A stretch of 64,000 bases of DNA. Source: the human T2T-CHM13v2.0 reference genome, Homo sapiens. Each line of letters begins with the position of its first letter. The stretch's first letter is position 1. Positions 63,269-64,000 of the stretch are shown here, in pieces. Below the pieces are notes generated by a model. That model was not told the origin of the DNA. It searched no databases and was given only the letters and a program-made list of their open reading frames with translations. The stretch is taken from the NCBI RefSeq assembly GCF_009914755.1, contig NC_060932.1; one strand, 5' to 3'. A program made the translations under genes and the position numbers.

Positions 63269-64000
63269 GGCACTGAACCTGGGGAACAACGGCCTGGAGG
63301 AGGTACCCGAGGGGCTGGGGTCGGCGCTGGGCAGCCTGCGCGTCCTGGTCCTGCGCAGGAACCGCTTCGCCCGGCTGCCCCCGGCGGTGGCCGAACTCGG
63401 CCACCACCTCACCGAGCTGGACGTGAGCCACAACCGGCTGACCGCCCTGGGCGCGGAGGTGGTGAGTGCTCTGAGGGAGCTGCGGAAGCTCAACCTCAGC
63501 CACAACCAGCTGCCCGCCCTGCCCGCCCAGCTGGGCGCTCTCGCTCACCTGGAGGAGCTGGATGTCAGCTTTAACCGGCTGGCGCACCTGCCTGACTCCC
63601 TCTCCTGCCTCTCCCGCCTGCGCACCCTGGACGTGGATCACAACCAGCTCACTGCCTTCCCCCGGCAGCTGCTGCAGCTGGTGGCCCTGGAGGAGCTGGA
63701 CGTGTCCAGCAACCGGCTGCGGGGCCTGCCTGAGGATATCAGTGCCCTGCGTGCCCTCAAGATCCTCTGGCTGAGTGGGGCCGAGCTTGGCACGCTGCCC
63801 GCCGGCTTCTGCGAGCTGGCCAGTTTGGAGAGCCTCATGCTAGACAACAACGGGCTGCAGGCTCTGCCCGCCCAGTTCAGCTGCCTGCAGCGGCTCAAAA
63901 TGCTCAACCTCTCCTCCAACCTCTTCGAGGAGTTCCCTGCCGCGCTGCTGCCCCTGGCTGGTCTGGAGGAGCTCTACCTTAGTCGCAACCAGCTCACCTC
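63072..64000 (+). CDS. MFHAS1: MFHAS1/MASL1 (LRR-ROC-COR ROCO protein), N-terminal LRR part of coding exon 1; 3'-truncated by the window
   Basis: ATG in strong Kozak context (ccccgccATGG). Manual translation gives [32 protein letters not shown]...[12 protein letters not shown], open for 309 codons to the window end, with 11 LxxLxLxxN-type LRRs. Recognised as the MFHAS1 N-terminus. Confidence 0.97.

Larger units (their letters stand above)
62150..64000. promoter_or_regulatory. CpG island covering the MFHAS1 promoter, 5'UTR and exon 1
   Basis: Abrupt switch to very GC- and CpG-rich sequence. GC box (ccccgcccc-like, ~62424-62433), E2F-like GCCGGGAAAA (~62442), GTCACGTG E-box (62468-62475), CCAAT (62508-62512). 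No obvious TATA box. Confidence 0.92.

Noticed and set aside
62469-63641. 390-aa antisense ORF (also 62939-63505, 62258-62866, 63638-63919)
   Set aside because: These are shadows of the GC-rich MFHAS1 CDS and CpG island, where stop codons are scarce. They show low complexity and no recognisable domain.

Overview
Human (primate) genomic DNA. From the protein sequence I place it at 8p23.1. It covers about 62 kb of repeat-dense intergenic sequence upstream of MFHAS1 (MASL1), then the CpG-island promoter, a long uAUG-rich leader and the first 309 codons (11 LRRs) of MFHAS1 on the + strand. That CDS runs off the window end, so the ORF track misses it. The intergenic part holds about 50 Alus, a complete THE1A provirus, solo LTRs (three MER41, MER4, MER31/34-like, THE1/MST, MLT1), Tigger2 and MER5 DNA transposons, old L1/L2/MIR fragments, an MRPS18C processed pseudogene and a U6 snRNA pseudogene. 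Most ORF-track entries are Alu, LTR or antisense artefacts. The strongest leads are: (1) three MER41 LTRs within 9 kb plus a promoter-proximal ERV1 LTR, all carrying STAT GAS motifs upstream of an innate-immunity ROCO gene; (2) a perfect DR5 retinoic-acid element created by an 11-bp duplication in one MER41; (3) a four-uAUG leader including a start-stop element and an overlapping ORF; (4) the MRPS18C retrocopy records an exon-skipped isoform; (5) a perfect 15-bp inverted repeat in apparently unique DNA. I found no new protein-coding system. Repeat subfamily names come from memory of consensus sequences, and repeat boundaries are approximate unless a TSD is given.
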